Shown: in pieces, positions 61,745 to 64,000 of the stretch | Position numbering within the stretch: the first letter of the stretch is position 1 | How the letters are laid out: each line of letters starts with the position of its first letter | Source: Hypanus sabinus | Taxonomy: Eukaryota | Reading direction: 5' to 3' | Length of the DNA: 64,000 nt | Assembly (NCBI RefSeq): GCF_030144855.1 | Contig: NC_082714.1 | Coordinates: 94,736,001 to 94,800,000 of the forward strand | Made by a program: the position numbers and the translations under genes | The notes under the pieces: model-generated | Seen by the model: the letters and a program-made list of their open reading frames with translations, nothing else | Told to the model about the DNA's origin: nothing | Databases searched by the model: none

Positions 61745-64000
61745 CTCTGCTCCTCAAATTGACTCAGGATCACTCTTTCGCCTTGCTCTAGGTGTTGCTG
61801 AAGAGTACCTCGCTATTTGTTGCGGTCATCTTCTGTATCCTCCCAGCACTCTGTATTGATTTTCAAGGCTTTCACGTCGCGCTTGCAGAGGTCCTTGGAG
61901 GGAAGCTGGGTTCCTCTTACCTGTTGCGAGTTCTCCGTATAGGATTGGCAGTCTACGTCCTCTATACGACGGACGTGGCCCAACCACTGCAGTCTGCGTT
62001 GTCTTAAAAGCGTGAACATTATGAGAGGTTTAGCGCAGGAGAGGTCCTCCGAGTTTGGGACTTTGTCTATCCAGGTGATGCCGACGATGCGACGAAGGCT
62101 GTACAGGTAAAAACTATTGAATTCCTCTCTTGTTTGGAGTAGATAGTCCAACTCTCTACCATATGGGGGGTGTTGATAACGGATGCATTGTACACGGCAG
62201 TCTTGGTCTTTGTAGCGAGTTTCGGATTCTCCTAGACCCGCAAGGAAACTCGAGCAAGGATCGATGTTGCTTTACCGATACGTCTATTGATTTCAGCATC
62301 GAGGGAGAAAGTCGCTAATTGTCGACCACAAGTATGTGAACTCCTGGACCACTTCTAGATCATAATATTCAATAGTAATGACTGGTGTCTTCAGAACGTT
62401 CTGGGCAAAGACATTTGTTTTCTTTAGGCTGCTGGTAAGTCCGAAGTCCTTGCATGCCTTAGAGAAGCAGTCCATAAGAGTTTGTAGCTGTTGTTTGGTG
62501 GCATGGTTACATCAGCGTCATCGGCAAAGAGCATGTCACGTATTACGATCTTTCGCACCTTTCTTCTTGCTCCGATCCGCGCAGGGTTGAACAGCAGCCC
62601 ATTGGACTTGGTGAGCATGTAGATACCTTCTGTCGACGTCCCAAACATGTGCTTCAATAGCATAAGAAGAAGATGCCGAATAATGTTGAGACCAACACGC
62701 TCCTTGTTTGACTCCACTATGAATAGCGAAGGGTTCTGATAAGCTGCCATCCTACTGAACAGTAGACCTCATGTCGTCATGCAATGACTTGATGATACTT
62801 TGGAGTTTCGGGGGACAGCGATCTTGAGGAGAATCGGAAAGAGCCCATCCCTGCTGACAAGGTCGAATGCTTTGTTCAATTCAATGAAAACGACATTGAG
62901 GGGTTTCTGTTGTTCCATGCGCTTCTCCTGAAGTTGACGGAGTGAGAAAATCATGTCGACAGTTGACCTCCTTGCGCGAAGACCACATTGGGGCTCAGGA
63001 TAGAACCGTTCTGCCAGAGTTTGTAGACGTGCCACAGCTACACGAGCGAAGACTTTGCTGACAGTACTCGAGCGGGAGATAACCTTGTAGTTGTTGCAGT
63101 CGCTCCTATCACCCTTGTTCTTATATAAAGTGACGATTTTGGAGTCGCACGTGTCCAGTGGTACGGTTCCTTCCTTCCAGCACTGACGGAGGTGCTCGTG
63201 TAAAGGTTGGAGGAATGAGCTATTGCTGTGTTTCATCATGTCTGGAGGAATCCCATCATTGCCAGAGCTTTCCCTGGGACAAGACTGTCAAATGCCATGC
63301 TGAGATCCTCAGTGGTTGGTTCTGAGTCGAGTTCATCCATGACTGGTAGACGGGCAATCGCTGGCATCAGTGGGTGAGCTAACAACATTTCCCTCGAGTA
63401 GAGCGCACAGTAGTGTTCTACCCAGCGTTCCATCTGTTTGCTTTTATTGGTGATTATTTCACCGCTGGATGACTTCACGGGTGCTGTCTTGCTCCGCGAT
63501 GGGCCGAGGTCCTTCTTGATACCATCACACATCGATCTGATGTTGCCTGTCACAGCTGCAGTCTGAATGTCCTCACTGAGCTCGAGCCAGTATTCATTTG
63601 CCCACTGCCTTGCTGTCTGTTGCACTTTGCTTCTGGAAGATCGAACTGCCTGCAGTGTTTGTTTGAATGGTGGGCGCTTGTACTCTGTGAGAGCTGCACG
63701 CCTGGCTTCAATGTCAGGGGTCATGATGGTGGACTTTGCCTCAAACCAGATACTGCTTTTTCATGTCTTTCTTTCAAGGATAGAGAGTGCTGATTCGCGG
63801 ATGTTGTCGCGAAGGTATGACCATTCTGTTGCAGTATCTCCTTTTCAGGAGGTAGCTATAGCACCCTGAACTGACTTGGCAAACTGGTCAACCTTTTTCT
63901 GACTGTTTCATCTCTGTTTTGTTGATGCGAGTTTTGTCAGTTTGTTTTGAGTGGTGGATTTTCTTCGGACGTAGTTTGACCTTGCAGCATGCTAAAGCAT
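61745..64000 (-). mobile_element. RTE-clade LINE (RT region; runs off the window end)
   Basis: YKNKGDRSDCNNY..RSTVDMIF..KAFDLVSR (62769-63239), LFADD (62424-62750), LRQRRLQWLGHVRRIED (61813-62151). Confidence 0.9.

Overview
Eukaryotic DNA from a cartilaginous fish, probably a ray or skate (inferred from the Ig isotype and LINE families). The window holds two tandem, same-strand immunoglobulin light-chain clusters of the sigma-2 (sigma-cart / type I / NS5) isotype. Each is leader - germline-joined VJ - C with no RSS: cluster 1 at 19692-22610 and cluster 2 at 50457-52534. Cluster 2 looks intact. Cluster 1 keeps open V and C frames but has ATG>ATT, a GC J donor and a stop-loss. Non-coding blocks shared by both clusters point to a promoter and a candidate upstream enhancer. 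The rest is mostly retroelements (CR1, two L1-clade, Rex1/Babar, RTE, a probable solo LTR). Two viral fossils were pieced together by hand from the minus strand. (1) A decayed endogenous retrovirus (gag-pro-RT-RNaseH-IN-env-like, about 2.0-13.7 kb), split by a near full-length L1; its env-like region looks like a non-gamma class I fusion protein. (2) A decayed negative-strand RNA virus L (RdRp) gene, about 3.5 kb in 3-4 collinear pieces between 29.8 and 39.2 kb, cut apart by CR1 insertions. Both viral calls rest on manual, frameshift-tolerant motif reading and need HMM/tBLASTn confirmation. Repeat boundaries are approximate.
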